From the human T2T-CHM13v2.0 reference genome, Homo sapiens, in the NCBI RefSeq assembly GCF_009914755.1, contig NC_060925.1: a DNA stretch of 64,000 bases. The stretch is one strand, 5' to 3'. Below the pieces are notes generated by a model. It made no database searches. It worked only from the letters and a program-made list of their open reading frames with translations, and had not been told where the DNA came from. Each line of letters opens with the position of its first letter. Position 1 is the stretch's first letter. This document shows, one piece after another, positions 63,301-64,000 of this stretch. The translations under genes were made by a program, and so were the position numbers.

Positions 63301-63900
63301 TCTGTTCAGGTTTTGGATTTCTTTCTGCTTCAATCTTAGTAGGTTTTATGTGTCTAGGAATTTGTCCATTTCTTCTAGACTTTCCAATTTATTGGAATAT
63401 CATTCCACATAGTGGCTAATAATGATTCTTTGAATTTCTCCAGGATCAGAAGTAATGTTTCCTTTTCATTTCTGATTTTATTTATTTGAATTCTCACTCT
63501 TTTTCTCTTAGTCTGGATAAAGGTTGATCAGCATGTTTAGTATTTTAAAATAACAACTTATGTTTCATTGATCTTTGTATTTTATTCATTTCAATTTCAA
63601 GTTTATCTGCTGTGATATTTATTATTTATTTTCTTCTAATAATTTTGGATTTGGATTGCCCTTCCTTTTCTAGTTCATTAACATAAATCACCAAATTGTT
63701 TATTTGAAGTTTTTCCTTTCTTTTTTATGTAGTCACTTATAGCTATAAATTTTTCTCTTGGTACTAAAACTGCTATATCCCATAGGTTTTGTGTTTCCAT
63801 TATCATTTGTTTCACAAAATATTTTAATTTCTTCATTGATCCACTGTGCATTCAGGGGCATATTCTTTAATTTCCAGATTCTTTAATTTTTTGTTTCAAC
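60400..63900 (-). mobile_element. L1MA-type element (3' UTR and ORF2)
   Basis: Minus-strand remnant [25 protein letters not shown]; L1MA 3' UTR near 60500-60900. Confidence 0.9.
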
Positions 63901-64000
63901 TTACCATATGGATTGCAAATACTATCTTAAAACCAGAAAACATAACACTGTTTGCATAAACAAACAAGCCAAAGAAAACTCATAAATACTTTCCACCTTA

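Overview
Human (primate) genomic DNA containing the 3' part of CFH (complement factor H) on the + strand. It holds 13 phase-1 exons, one per CCP/SCR domain (SCR8-SCR20, 16136-49734), plus the 3' UTR. It also holds the alternative terminal exon of the FHL-1 isoform (Ser-Phe-Thr-Leu-stop, 3717-3730). The rest is intron and downstream sequence dense in L1, Alu, MaLR (THE1/MST/MLT), L2/MIR, MER5A and an HSMAR2 mariner. The main observation is that the FHL-1 terminal exon lies wholly inside a degenerate, full-length, sense-oriented ERV1-class provirus (2183-12779, 4-bp TSD AAAT, gag-pro-pol-env remnants). Its splice acceptor comes from the proviral leader. Its probable poly(A) signal comes from an ectopic third copy of the LTR R/U5-PBS segment inserted into the start of gag. 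Repeat subfamily names and SNP identities are from memory and were not computed.
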